From Bradymonadia bacterium (GTDB lineage Bacteria; Myxococcota_A; Bradymonadia; UBA7976; UBA1532), in contig JBKAGE010000075.1 of NCBI GenBank assembly GCA_046290225.1, positions 32,001 through 96,000 of the forward strand: a stretch of 64,000 bases of DNA. The letters are read 5' to 3'. Numbering within the stretch: the first letter of the stretch is position 1; every line of letters begins with the position of its first letter. The position numbers and the translations under genes are program-made. The notes under the pieces were generated by a model, which was not told the DNA's origin, made no database searches, and saw only the letters and a program-made list of their open reading frames with translations. This document shows, in pieces, positions 1 through 9,889 of the stretch.

Positions 1-1
1 G

Positions 2-1096
2 CGGTGCCCCTACTGCGATTTCAACGTCGCAGTTCAGGCGAGCATCCCCCACGCGCAGTATCGAGAAGCCATCCTCGCCGAGCTCGCGATACGCGCCCCA
101 CAGTTCTCCGGGCCCTCAGTCAGCCTGTACTTCGGAGGCGGCACACCCGCGCTGTGGCCTGCGGAAGAGATCGGTCGGGTGATCGAGGGGGTGAGGGCGA
201 GCACTGGCCTCGTGGACAACGCCGAGATTACGGTGGAGTGCAACCCCGGTGAGATACGCCCAGAGGGCTTTGCTGCCCTGAGAGCGGTCGGGGTGAACCG
301 ACTCAGCCTCGGCACCCAGTCCTTCGACGATCAAACCCTCGCAGCTCTGGGGCGTCGTAACCGGGCCGAAGACAATCGTCGTGCCGTGATGGCCCTGCAG
401 GCGGCGGGGTTCGAGAACTTCAGCCTCGATCTCATACAAGGCATCTCGGGACAGACCGTTGAGGGCGCCCTCGAGGACGTCGAGCGTACCCTCGAGCTCG
501 GCCCCGCTCACATCTCCACCTATCAGCTGACGATTGCACCACAGACCCCCTTTGGCGCCCGGGCGGCCCGAGGCGAAGTGCTCACTGTGCCCGACGATGC
601 CCAGCTCGCCATCTACGAGGGCACCAGGGACAAGCTCGCCGAGGCGGGCATCGAACCCTATGAGATCGCCAACGCAGGCCGAGCGGGCTGGCAGGCGGTG
701 CACAACAGCGCCTATTGGGTCGGGTTGCCGTATATGGCCCTCGGTGCCGGGGCCCACGGCTTCAACCATGGCGTCGGCGCTGAAGGCAGGTGGGGGGTGC
801 GATGGGAGAACACCAGACACCCCAGTCGTTACATGGAGGCTGCGCTCTCTGGAGAGCCCGGCGAGACATTTCGGGAGCTGCTCACCGAAGAGCAGCTCGA
901 CGTCGAACGGATCATGACGGGGCTCAGGCTTGATCGTGGCCTGCGCACCACAGAGCGCTTGAGGGCGCGATATGGGACCGGGGCAGAGGCTGCCGAGCGA
1001 CGCGGCTGGCTCTGGAGAGACGAGGGCCTGTGGCGCCTGAGCCCCCGTGGCAGGGCCCTGCTCGACACTGTCTTGCTGACAATTGTCGATGTGTAG
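2..1096 (+). CDS. hemW: Radical SAM heme chaperone HemW (HemN-like), 5'-truncated by the window edge
   Basis: Frame +2 is open from base 2 and reads RCPYCDFNV (end of the CxxxCxxC motif with HemW-type YCDF), then YFGGGTP, EITVECNP, HISTYQL, HNSAYW and LGAGAH. It lies upstream of grpE-dnaK-dnaJ, as is common. Confidence 0.9.
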   Translation, partial: RCPYCDFNVAVQASIPHAQYREAILAELAIRAPQFSGPSVSLYFGGGTPALWPAEEIGRVIEGVRASTGLVDNAEITVECNPGEIRPEGFAALRAVGVNRLSLGTQSFDDQTLAALGRRNRAEDNRRAVMALQAAGFENFSLDLIQGISGQTVEGALEDVERTLELGPAHISTYQLTIAPQTPFGARAARGEVLTVPDDAQLAIYEGTRDKLAEAGIEPYEIANAGRAGWQAVHNSAYWVGLPYMALGAGAHGFNHGVGAEGRWGVRWENTRHPSRYMEAALSGEPGETFRELLTEEQLDVERIMTGLRLDRGLRTTERLRARYGTGAEAAERRGWLWRDEGLWRLSPRGRALLDTVLLTIVDV

Positions 1097-1179
1097 GGTA
1101 GTGTAAGCAGGACGATGGCGTCGAGATCAGCTAGAGTGCATCGCGGTCGTCATGAGTGTGGGTCACATCGGATCAAGGG

Positions 1180-1207
1180 TTGACAAAACCTTCTTTGGAT
1201 CCCATCT
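1180..1207 (+). promoter_or_regulatory. Candidate heat-shock (sigma32/RpoH-type) promoter for grpE
   Basis: TTGACA (1180-1185), 15 nt, then CCCATCT (1201-1207). This resembles the RpoH-type TTGAA-N13-15-CCCCATNT pattern and sits upstream of chaperone genes. Motif match only. Confidence 0.4.
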
Positions 1208-1267
1208 GCCTATGCCGAAGACTGATCAGAGAGAGGCTGCGCCGACCAAGGACGCGTAGAGGAGCCC

Positions 1268-1837
1268 ATGTCAGAGGAAGAAAAGACGCTCGATGAAGCC
1301 GTGAACACCCCCACTGGTGCAGCAGAGGCTGCTGCGGGGGAGGCTCAAGGGCTCGACGACAGCCCCACCGTGGCCGAAAGCGGCACCGAGCAGGCCATGA
1401 AGCACGAGCTCGACCAGTGGAAGGCCAAAGCCTATCGCGCTGCTGCAGATCTCGACAACAGCCGCAAGCGTATGCTCCGGGAGCTCGAAGAGGCGCGCAA
1501 GTTCGCCATCGACGGAGTGTTGAGGGATCTGTTCCCCGTGTCCGACAACCTCGACCGGGCTGTCAGCGCCGCTGATGACGACAACGATCCTGTGGTGCAG
1601 GGGGTGAAGATGGTGCTCAACCAGCTCGCCGAGATGCTCAAGCGCCACGGCGCAACGAGCTTCGACCCCAAAGGCTCGCCCTTCGATCCCCAGTTCCACG
1701 AGGCCATGAGCCAGATGCCCACCGCCGATGCCGAGCCCGGCACTGTGGTCGAGGTGTTTCAGAAGGGGTGGATGTTGCACGACAGGCTTGCACGCCCCGC
1801 CATGGTGATCGTCGCCTCAGCGCCTCCCGAGGAATAA
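1268..1837 (+). CDS. grpE: Nucleotide exchange factor GrpE
   Basis: ADLDNSRKR, DNLDRA, FDPQFHEAM and GWMLHDRLARPAMVIV motifs; GAGGAG RBS. Confidence 0.95.
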   Translation: MSEEEKTLDEAVNTPTGAAEAAAGEAQGLDDSPTVAESGTEQAMKHELDQWKAKAYRAAADLDNSRKRMLRELEEARKFAIDGVLRDLFPVSDNLDRAVSAADDDNDPVVQGVKMVLNQLAEMLKRHGATSFDPKGSPFDPQFHEAMSQMPTADAEPGTVVEVFQKGWMLHDRLARPAMVIVASAPPEE

Positions 1838-1867
1838 GTCCGAGGCGAGAGACCAGGGCACGAGACA

Positions 1868-1899
1868 GAAAAATCACCTCTCCCAGAGGTGCTTTTTTC
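1868..1899 (+). terminator. Intrinsic terminator-like hairpin between grpE and dnaK
   Basis: GAAAAAT-CACCTCT-ccc-AGAGGTG-CTTTTTTC: a 7-bp stem with an A-tract before and a T-tract after. Confidence 0.55.
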
Positions 1900-1979
1900 A
1901 CGGGCTGCGCTTTCGCGGGCAATGTGTGGTAGACCGGAATTGTGCCTCCTGAAGGGGGCGTCGAGACAAGAGGACCTAC

Positions 1980-3803
1980 GTGTCGCGGATCATCGGCATT
2001 GACCTGGGCACCACCAACTCCTGCGTAGCGGTGCTCGAAGGGGGGGAGGCGGTGGTCATCCCCAACACTGAAGGCAGTCGCACCACCCCTTCGATGGTGG
2101 CCATCACCGAGAGCGGCGAGCGACTCGTCGGGCAGATCGCCAAACGTCAGGCGGTGACCAACCCCGCCGACACGGTCTTCGCGGCCAAGCGCCTCATCGG
2201 TCGCAAGATCGATACGCCCGAGCTGGAAGATCACCTCGATCGCTACCCCTACAAGATCGTCGCTGCCGACAACCAGGATGCCTGGGTCGAGCTTCGCGGT
2301 GACACGTACAGCCCCATCGAGGTGTCGAGCTTCATTTTGGCCAAGATGAAGCAGGTCGCCGAAGACTACCTCGGCGAAGAAGTGACCGACGCGGTGATCA
2401 CCGTGCCGGCCTACTTCAACGATCATCAGCGCCAGGGCACCAAAGATGCCGGGCGGATCGCCGGCCTGAACGTGCTCCGCATCATCAACGAGCCCACCGC
2501 TGCCGCCTTGGCCTATGGGCTCAACCGGGACGACGTCCGCCACATCGCCATCTATGATCTCGGCGGGGGCACCTTCGACATCTCGGTGCTCGAGGTCGGT
2601 GACGGCCTGTTCGAGGTCCGCTCCACCAGCGGTGACACCTACCTCGGCGGTGAAGATTTCGACATGCGTCTGCTTGATCACTTCATCGACGACTTCAAGG
2701 CCGCCGAGGGCATCGATCTCAAGCAGGACAAGATGGCGCTCCAGCGCCTCAAAGAGGCCGCCGAGCGGGCCAAGCACGAGCTGAGCTCTGCCCTCGAGAC
2801 CGACATCAATCTGCCCTTCATCACCGCCGACGCCACAGGGCCGAAGCACCTCGAGGCCACGCTCACCCGGGCCCAGTTCGAGTCCATGGTGTCCGACCTC
2901 GTCGAGCGCACCTTGACGCCATGCCAGGCGGCCTTGGACGACGCCAACCTCTCCATCGACGACATCGACGCGGTGGTGCTTGTGGGCGGCATGACCCGCA
3001 TGCCCCTGGTGCAGCAGAAGGTCGAAGCCTTCTTCAATCGCGCGCCGAGCAAGGGGGTGAACCCCGATGAGGTCGTGGCGGTGGGCGCTGCGATCCAGGG
3101 CGGGGTGCTCTCCGGTGAAGTGGAAGACGTCATCCTGCTCGACGTCACCCCGCTCTCTCTCGGTGTCGAGACCCGAGGTGGGGTCTTCACCCGCATGATC
3201 GAGCGGAACACCACCATCCCGTACAGCTACAGCCAGGTCTTCAGCACCGCCGTCGACAACCAGCCCATGGTGTCGGTGCACGTGCTGCAGGGCGAGCGTG
3301 AGATGGTGGATGACAACCAGTCGCTCGCCCGCTTCGAACTCCACGGTATCCCGCCGGCCCCTCGGGGGATCCCCCAGGTCGAGGTGACCTTCGAGCTGGA
3401 TGTCGATGGCATTTTGCACGTGGCCGCGAAGGATCTGGGCACCGGCCGTGAGCAGCGGGTCGAGGTGCGCATCTCCAGTGGCCTGAGCGAGTCGGCCATT
3501 CAGGACATGATCTCTGACGCCGAGGATCACCGCCAGCAAGACGCCACGCGCCGGGAGCTCACTGAGCTGAAGAACCAGGGCGAGGGGCTCATCTACACCA
3601 CCGAGCGATCCCTCAACGAGTACAGCGATCTCATCAGCGCAGCCGATCAGCAGGAGATCATCAGCGACATCAGCACGCTGCGAGAGTGCCTGCAAGAGGG
3701 TGACGTCGAAGAGCTCAAGCTCGCGATCCAGAACCTCGAGCAGTCGGCCTACCGCATCGCCGACGCCATCTACGCCGGGGTGGGTGGGAACTCCGAGGGG
3801 TGA
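1980..3803 (+). CDS. dnaK: Molecular chaperone DnaK (Hsp70)
   Basis: [40 protein letters not shown] and [10 protein letters not shown] motifs; GTG start after a GAGG RBS. Confidence 0.97.
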   Translation: MSRIIGIDLGTTNSCVAVLEGGEAVVIPNTEGSRTTPSMVAITESGERLVGQIAKRQAVTNPADTVFAAKRLIGRKIDTPELEDHLDRYPYKIVAADNQDAWVELRGDTYSPIEVSSFILAKMKQVAEDYLGEEVTDAVITVPAYFNDHQRQGTKDAGRIAGLNVLRIINEPTAAALAYGLNRDDVRHIAIYDLGGGTFDISVLEVGDGLFEVRSTSGDTYLGGEDFDMRLLDHFIDDFKAAEGIDLKQDKMALQRLKEAAERAKHELSSALETDINLPFITADATGPKHLEATLTRAQFESMVSDLVERTLTPCQAALDDANLSIDDIDAVVLVGGMTRMPLVQQKVEAFFNRAPSKGVNPDEVVAVGAAIQGGVLSGEVEDVILLDVTPLSLGVETRGGVFTRMIERNTTIPYSYSQVFSTAVDNQPMVSVHVLQGEREMVDDNQSLARFELHGIPPAPRGIPQVEVTFELDVDGILHVAAKDLGTGREQRVEVRISSGLSESAIQDMISDAEDHRQQDATRRELTELKNQGEGLIYTTERSLNEYSDLISAADQQEIISDISTLRECLQEGDVEELKLAIQNLEQSAYRIADAIYAGVGGNSEG

Positions 3804-4924
3804 GCGACAAGGCCGATTATTACGAGCTGTTGGGCGTCTCGCGCGACGTGGGGCCCAACGAGCTGAAGAAAGCCTATCGCAAGCTCGCCTTGCGGTATCA
3901 CCCTGATCGAAACCCCGACGACCCTTCTGCAGAAGAGCAGTTCAAGGCCCTCGGTGAGGCCTATGCCGTGCTCTCTGATCCAGAGAAGCGCCGCCTCTAC
4001 GACACCTATGGCCACGAAGCCACCGATCGGGCGAGCCCATTTGGCGCCAGTGGTGGTTTTGCCATGGACCCCAACGACATGCGGTCCATCTTCGGCGATC
4101 TCTTCGATGAGATCTTCGGTGGCTTCTTCCGGCGCTCTTCCACCCAACATGGTCGGGACATCCGCAGCCGGATTACGCTCACCCTCGAAGAGGCCGCCAC
4201 TGGGGTGGAGAAAGATCTGACCTTCCAGCGCGCGGCACCGTGCAAGGCCTGTGATGGCTCCGGCAGCGATCCCCGGGGGGCGCCGCCCAAAAAGTGTCCC
4301 ACCTGTCGCGGGATGGGCCAGGTGCGGGTGAGCCAGGGCTTCATCGCCATGGTGCAGAGCTGCCCTGACTGCCACGGCGTCGGCACCCTCATCGTCGATC
4401 CGTGCACAGTGTGCGGCGGCACTGGCCAACGTCGTGAAGAGCACACGCTGCACCTGCCGATTCCACCTGGGGTGGAGTCGGGGGTGAAGCTGCGCGTTGA
4501 CGGTGAAGGCGAGCAGGGCCGCTCAGGGGGGATGGCCGGTGATCTCTACGTGGAGATCGAGGTGGAGCCGCACCCATTCTTTCAGCGCGATGGCAGCGAC
4601 GTGCTCTGTGAGGTGCCCATCTCGTTTCCCCAGGCGGCTCTGGGCACCCAGATCGAGGTGCCCACCCTCGACGGCAAGGTGAAGGTGAAGGTGCCTTCAG
4701 GCACGCAGTCAGGCCGCATCTTGAGGCTGAGGGGCAAGGGCATCAAGCATGTGCAGGGCCGTGGTCACGGTGACCAGCTCGTGCGCCTGCAAGTGGAGAC
4801 ACCGAGCAATCTCTCCGCTCGCCAGAAGCAACTGTTGCAGGAGTTCGAGTCGCTCAGCGGCAGCGGCGCTGGTCAGCCCCAGCGCAAAGGCTTCCTCGAC
4901 AAGCTACGTGACTTCTTCGACTGA
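3800..4924 (+). CDS. dnaJ: Molecular chaperone DnaJ
   Basis: J domain with HPD, four CxxCxGxG repeats and a C-terminal domain; GTGA overlap with dnaK. Confidence 0.97.
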   Translation: MSDKADYYELLGVSRDVGPNELKKAYRKLALRYHPDRNPDDPSAEEQFKALGEAYAVLSDPEKRRLYDTYGHEATDRASPFGASGGFAMDPNDMRSIFGDLFDEIFGGFFRRSSTQHGRDIRSRITLTLEEAATGVEKDLTFQRAAPCKACDGSGSDPRGAPPKKCPTCRGMGQVRVSQGFIAMVQSCPDCHGVGTLIVDPCTVCGGTGQRREEHTLHLPIPPGVESGVKLRVDGEGEQGRSGGMAGDLYVEIEVEPHPFFQRDGSDVLCEVPISFPQAALGTQIEVPTLDGKVKVKVPSGTQSGRILRLRGKGIKHVQGRGHGDQLVRLQVETPSNLSARQKQLLQEFESLSGSGAGQPQRKGFLDKLRDFFD

Positions 4925-5087
4925 GAAGCGGCCCCGAGCGGGCCACCATTCGGCGATTCAGCCGCAACCAGAACACCACCTGAATATCTGTGCAGAGTGA
5001 AGAGCAACGAGGCGTTGATCCTGTGGGATCTCTCGTTATCGTCATGCACGGTAGATTTTCGCACAGCCGAAACACTGGAGATTCCAG

Positions 5088-5867
5088 ATGCGCACTCACT
5101 CGTTTCTGATGGCCTTCGGCCTGCTCACATGTGCCGCGACCGCGGCGCTCGCCGGTACGCCCGAGGAGCGGGGGCTCGAGATCGCCAAGCAAGCCGACGC
5201 CGCCAACGAGGGGTTCAAGTCCGAGGCGTCGACCCTCGCCATGAAGCTGATCAACGCCCACGGCGATGTCACCGAGCGCAAGATGGAGTCGAAGATCCTC
5301 GAAGGAGATGGAGATGGTGATCGCTCCTTCATCGTCTTCGAGGCCCCCGCCGACGTGAAGAACACCAAGATGCTCACGTGGAGCCACAAAAAAGGCACTG
5401 ACGATCAGTGGCTCTACCTGCCCGCCATCAAGCGCATCAAGCGCATCAGCTCGAGGAACAAGTCGGGCTCGTTCATGGGCAGCGAGTTCGCCTACGAAGA
5501 TCTGTCGAGCCCCGAGGTGGAGAAGTTCACCTACAAGTACCTCGCCGACGTCACCGAGAAGGGTCGCGACTGCTGGCAGATGGAGCGCTACCCCATCGAC
5601 AAGAACAGTGGGTACTCCAAGCAGGTGGTGTGGTTGGACAAGCAATACCAGACCCCCGTGCGCATCGACTTCTACGACCGCAAGGGTGAGCTGCTCAAGG
5701 TGGGCACCTACAGCGGCTACAAGCAGTACGGGAAGTTCTGGCGTTGGGGCGCCATCGAGATGGACAACAAGCAGACCCGGAAGAAGTCGATCATCACCTG
5801 GAATGACCGAAAACTCGGCGTCGATCTCGACACTGATGACTTCGAGCGCGACGCCCTCGAAGAGTAA
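5088..5867 (+). CDS. Outer membrane lipoprotein-sorting (LolA-like) periplasmic protein
   Basis: Signal peptide; FEAPADVKNT, DDQWLYLPAIKRIKRI, SFMGSEFAYEDL and FYDRKGELLK motifs typical of the LolA-like family found beside MMPL genes. Confidence 0.85.
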   Translation: MRTHSFLMAFGLLTCAATAALAGTPEERGLEIAKQADAANEGFKSEASTLAMKLINAHGDVTERKMESKILEGDGDGDRSFIVFEAPADVKNTKMLTWSHKKGTDDQWLYLPAIKRIKRISSRNKSGSFMGSEFAYEDLSSPEVEKFTYKYLADVTEKGRDCWQMERYPIDKNSGYSKQVVWLDKQYQTPVRIDFYDRKGELLKVGTYSGYKQYGKFWRWGAIEMDNKQTRKKSIITWNDRKLGVDLDTDDFERDALEE

Positions 5868-6026
5868 GAGGTCCTAACACAACGGCGGACCGAGTCAGGA
5901 AGATGAGGCGCGAGTGAGGCAGTCGAAAGATCCACAGGCGGGCCCGAAGGCCCGTCGAGGACGCTTTCGGCTGTATCGCGAAGTGCATCATCTTCCTGGC
6001 GACGGGAGCAGTTGTGTTAGGACCTC
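5868..6026. mobile_element. MITE-like non-autonomous element (159 bp) with 16-bp terminal inverted repeats and a TAA target duplication
   Basis: GAGGTCCTAACACAAC (5868-5883) and GTTGTGTTAGGACCTC (6011-6026) form a perfect inverted repeat, flanked on both sides by TAA (5865-5867, 6027-6029). The interior is also palindromic (CAGGAAGATGA/TCATCTTCCTG). Confidence 0.8.
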
Positions 6027-6073
6027 TAAGACTTCACCCACCTACTCCACTTTCAGCCCTACCGGAACGAGCC

Positions 6074-7375
6074 ATGTCTGCTCAGGCCCACGGCCGGATG
6101 CTGGCGATCTGCGCCACGCTCTTGAGTCTCACCACCTCTGCCCATGCCGATCTCAAGAAAGACCTGCGCTTCAAAAGCCGGGGAGAGCTGGCATTGGAGA
6201 GCAGGGTGTTTCCCGATGACGACAATGCCGACACCATCGACCAGGCCATCGGCCTGTTCGGGCGCCTCGAGGCCAAGGCCAAGCAGAAGCCATTTCGTCA
6301 GAAGCTCAGAGTCTTCGGCCGGGTAGACGAGCGCGATCGACAGCGGAGCACCTTCGTCGTGGAAGAGGCCTGGGCGGAGATGCGCCTCAAAGATTTTCGC
6401 CTCAAGATCGGCGTCGACATCGTCAACTGGACCGCCACCGAGGCGTTCCACCCCGCCGACGTACTCAACAGCAGGAACCTCGACAGCGACATCGAGAACT
6501 TCGAGAAGGTGGGCGAGCCCATGGTGACGGCGTCGTACGGCTGGAGCGGGGGTCGCCTGTACCTCTACTTCATGCCCTTCTTCGTCAAACCCATCTTCAC
6601 CAGCCCCAACAGTCGGCTGGCCTTTGGCGCTGGGGAGCCCAATTTCGGCGGCTTCGATCTGCGACGCCCGATTCGGACCGATCGAGACGGTGAGCTGACC
6701 GACGAGCCCCTGGTGCCTCAGGGGGCTGCGCGCATCGTGCAGACCATCGGCAGTGCAGACATCTCGGTGCACGCCCTGCATCAGGCCGATCGCAGCCAGC
6801 CCTACTTCACCTTCGACCCTCAGGCCATGCAGCCCAGGCTGCTGTTCCAAGAGGTCTTCCAGGTGGGTGGCACCTACCAGCAGGTCTTCGAATTCGGGCT
6901 CATCACCAAGCTCGAAGCGGCCCATCGCATGTTCTACACCGGCGACGCCATCATCGGCACAGGCCCTGTGGAAGATCGTGATCACACCCAGGTGGCCGTG
7001 GGCCTGGAGTATGGCATCCCCCACGAATTTGGGGGGGAGTCGACGCTCATCGTTGAGGGCCAGTCCTACTTCGGCGTGTCTGAGGAGATCAGGCAGTTTC
7101 AGCTGGGCATCTTTCAGCGAGACGCCCTCGTGGGGTGGCGCCTGGCCCTGAACGACGAGGACTCCACGGAGATCTTCGCCTCGGTCATCGTCGACGTCGA
7201 GCGCGAGGAGGAGATCCTTGCCAACCTCAGCTACAAGCAGCGTTTCTTCGACACGTGGTCGGCGGCCCTCGCTGTGCGCTGGTATCACGCGCCCCAAAAA
7301 GAAGAGACCCCCATCGGCCTCGAGCTGCTCGACCGGGCAGATCACCTGCGCCTGAACATCACCCGTTATTTCTGA
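6074..7375 (+). CDS. Putative outer-membrane beta-barrel protein
   Basis: Signal peptide after ATG 6074, alternating beta-strand-like segments and a C-terminal LNITRYF with terminal Phe; lies between the LolA-like and MMPL genes. Confidence 0.7.
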   Translation: MSAQAHGRMLAICATLLSLTTSAHADLKKDLRFKSRGELALESRVFPDDDNADTIDQAIGLFGRLEAKAKQKPFRQKLRVFGRVDERDRQRSTFVVEEAWAEMRLKDFRLKIGVDIVNWTATEAFHPADVLNSRNLDSDIENFEKVGEPMVTASYGWSGGRLYLYFMPFFVKPIFTSPNSRLAFGAGEPNFGGFDLRRPIRTDRDGELTDEPLVPQGAARIVQTIGSADISVHALHQADRSQPYFTFDPQAMQPRLLFQEVFQVGGTYQQVFEFGLITKLEAAHRMFYTGDAIIGTGPVEDRDHTQVAVGLEYGIPHEFGGESTLIVEGQSYFGVSEEIRQFQLGIFQRDALVGWRLALNDEDSTEIFASVIVDVEREEEILANLSYKQRFFDTWSAALAVRWYHAPQKEETPIGLELLDRADHLRLNITRYF

Positions 7376-7403
7376 CCCTGATTCTGATGTCCGAGAGGCA
7401 GCC

Positions 7404-9752
7404 ATGAACGACGATCTCAAGGTCCCCGCCATCGCCCGCGCGCTGGTGGGGTTCATCGGCCGAAAGCCCTGGGTGGCGCTGTTGCTGGGCCTGGCGACGG
7501 TCTTCGCCATGGGGCCGGGCTTTGCGAAGCTCACCGCCGACTTCACCCACAAGGGCTTCTTCTACGAGGAAGATCCGATGATGGTGAACCTCGAGGCTCT
7601 TGAGCGTCGCTTTGGCAACGACGACTCGGTGGTGGTGGCGGTGCACAGCCCCTCGGGGGTCTTCGACAAGGAGACCGTGGAGCTGTTGCAGAAGCTCACT
7701 GAGGCCATGTGGCTGGCCCCGGACGTGATTCGGGTGGACTCTCTGGCCAACTATCAGTGGGTGCACGCGGAAGAAGACGACATCCTCGTCGAGCCCTTTT
7801 TGCCCGATGACGTGGAGATCACCCCGGAGTTCCTCGCTGCCCGGAAGAAGATCGCCCTGGCCCACGAGACCTTGCCTGACTATCTGGTGAGCGCCGACGC
7901 CAAAACAGCCATGCTCTTCGCCAAAACGAAGCCGGGCTTCGAGAACCCCCCTGATTCACCTGTGGTGGTGAACGCCACTCGCAAAATCATCAAAGAGCTC
8001 GAAGCGGGCGATCACACTTTCTTCATCAGTGGCGGCCCCGCCATCAACACCGCCTTCATGGAGGCGGCGCAGATGGACATGCAGCGTATCATGCCGGTGG
8101 TGCTCGGCCTCACGGTGTTGTTGCTCATCGCGCTGTTCCGCCGCGCAGGGGGCGTGTTCTTGCCTCTGTTGGTGGTCATCCTCGCGGTGATGGGCACCAT
8201 GGGCTTCTCGGGTCTCGTGGGCCTCGAGATCACCAACATCACCGCCATCCTGCCCCAGGTGCTGCTGGCCATCGGCATCGCCGACGGGGTGCACATCATG
8301 GTGACGTTCTATGGCGCGATTGGCAGAGGCGCCACCAAACGCGAGGCGGCAGACTACACGCTGCTCAAGAACTTCCTGCCTACGCTGTTGACCAGCCTCA
8401 CCACTGCGGTGGGCTTTTTCAGCTTCATCACCGCAGATCTCAAGCCGGTGAGCGGGCTGGGCCTCATGGCGGGCCCCGGCACCCTGCTGGCGTGGTACGT
8501 GACCTACTTCGTGCTCGGGGCCCTGCTCTACATCCTGCCCTTCAAGGAGAAGGCCCGGCCTGCAGAGGCCATCGAGGCCCGCAAGCGCAGGGCTCTGGAC
8601 TTCACCAGAATGCTGCAGACCAACCGCTCAGGGATCCTGTGGGTGTTTGGGATTCTGTCGGTGAGCGCAATCGCCATCGCGGCTCAGAACACGGTGAACT
8701 CTGATCCATTCAAGTACTTCGAGGAAGGTTTCCCCGCCCGTGTGGCCAACGAGTTCATCGAGGCTGAAGTGGGGGGCGCCCGAGGGGTGGAGCTGGTGGT
8801 GGACTCTGGCAAGGCAGAGGGCATCAAAGATCCAGCCTTCCTCAAGAAGGTCGAAGCGCTTCAGATCTGGCTCGAAGACATGCCACGTGTGACGCGCACC
8901 CTGTCGATCGTCGACATCCTCAAGTCGACGCACCGATCGCTCCACGGAGACGATCCAACGAAGTACGCCCTCGCGGAGACTCAGGAGGCCATCGCCCAAG
9001 AGCTGTTGCTCTACACGATGAGCCTGCCCCAGGGCATGGATGTGAACGATCGCATCTCCGTGAAGAACGACACGCTGCGCATCACAGTGCTCTGGACGAT
9101 TCCCACCTCTTCGGAGAACGTGGAGGCCTTCGCGCACATCAGAGGCAAGGCCAAGCAGCTGGGCCTCGACGTGACGGTTACGGGCAAGAACGTCCTGTAC
9201 CAAAGCATGAACGGCTATGTGGTGAACTCCTTCCTGGTGTCGTTCACCGCGGCGGTGGTGCTCATCAGCCTGCTGCTGGTGATCTTCTTCAAATCGGTGA
9301 AGCTGGGCCTCATCGCCATGATCCCCAACCTGATCCCACTCATCGCCGGCGGCGCGGTGCTGTACCTCATCGGTCAGCCCCTGGACATCGGCACGGTGCT
9401 GGTGGCTTCGGTCTGTCTGGGCATCGCCGTGGACGACACGATCCACATCCTGGCGAACTTCAACCGTGCTCGACTCGAGGGTAAGAGCCGACAACAGGCG
9501 GTGACGGAGGTTTTGGCCTACACGACGCCGGCGCTGCTGGTGACGACGTCGATCCTGGTGCTGGCCTTCGGCAGCTTCCTGGCGGCCACCTTCATGCCCA
9601 ACCTCTACTTCGGCCTGATGGTGGCGGTGATTCTGCTGGTGGCGCTGATTACGGACGTGACCTTCCTGCCGGCGATGGTGATGGGGCGGGGGGATGATGG
9701 GGATACACCCCAGAAGTCTGGATCTGTTCGTCGGGTGCCTCAGGAAGTGTGA
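7404..9752 (+). CDS. MMPL/RND-superfamily transporter
   Basis: Two repeats of TM + periplasmic loop + 5 TMs, with AIGIADGVH and GIAVDDTIH motifs. Confidence 0.9.
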   Translation: MNDDLKVPAIARALVGFIGRKPWVALLLGLATVFAMGPGFAKLTADFTHKGFFYEEDPMMVNLEALERRFGNDDSVVVAVHSPSGVFDKETVELLQKLTEAMWLAPDVIRVDSLANYQWVHAEEDDILVEPFLPDDVEITPEFLAARKKIALAHETLPDYLVSADAKTAMLFAKTKPGFENPPDSPVVVNATRKIIKELEAGDHTFFISGGPAINTAFMEAAQMDMQRIMPVVLGLTVLLLIALFRRAGGVFLPLLVVILAVMGTMGFSGLVGLEITNITAILPQVLLAIGIADGVHIMVTFYGAIGRGATKREAADYTLLKNFLPTLLTSLTTAVGFFSFITADLKPVSGLGLMAGPGTLLAWYVTYFVLGALLYILPFKEKARPAEAIEARKRRALDFTRMLQTNRSGILWVFGILSVSAIAIAAQNTVNSDPFKYFEEGFPARVANEFIEAEVGGARGVELVVDSGKAEGIKDPAFLKKVEALQIWLEDMPRVTRTLSIVDILKSTHRSLHGDDPTKYALAETQEAIAQELLLYTMSLPQGMDVNDRISVKNDTLRITVLWTIPTSSENVEAFAHIRGKAKQLGLDVTVTGKNVLYQSMNGYVVNSFLVSFTAAVVLISLLLVIFFKSVKLGLIAMIPNLIPLIAGGAVLYLIGQPLDIGTVLVASVCLGIAVDDTIHILANFNRARLEGKSRQQAVTEVLAYTTPALLVTTSILVLAFGSFLAATFMPNLYFGLMVAVILLVALITDVTFLPAMVMGRGDDGDTPQKSGSVRRVPQEV

Positions 9753-9755
9753 AAA

Positions 9756-9838
9756 GAGAGTTTCGGGCACGGGCACGGGCACGGGCACGGGCACGAGTTG
9801 ATACATACGCGGACCCGTGGTCCTGTCTGGGCTCAGGT
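9756..9838 (+). repeat. (GGGCAC)5 repeat module, copy 1
   Basis: GAGAGTTTC-(GGGCAC)x5 (9765-9794)-GAGTTGAT-N-GGACCCGTGGTCCTGTCTGGGCTCAGG, starting 3 nt after the MMPL stop. The flanks are shared with the copies near 44.0, 44.3 and 56.0 kb. Confidence 0.9.
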
Positions 9839-9889
9839 TGTGGGTCAGCGACCTTTTCTGAATGATTCCGACCAGTGTCCATGTGAGAC

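Noticed and set aside
1116..1142. Possible CIRCE operator (GAGTGC half-site at 1134)
   Set aside because: The left arm (TGGCGTCGA) does not match TTAGCACTC at 9-nt spacing.
1638..3695. 685-aa ORF antisense to dnaK, and similar long antisense ORFs (e.g. 30641-32650, 38777-40903, 61836-63695)
   Set aside because: Shadow frames caused by high GC3 codon bias opposite well-supported genes. They show no recognisable motifs, and the dnaK antisense ORF is a well-known artefact.
9765..9794. GGGCAC arrays or the 15-bp repeats as a CRISPR array
   Set aside because: They are contiguous tandem units with no unique spacers, and no cas genes are present. The 15-bp repeats are in-frame coding sequence.
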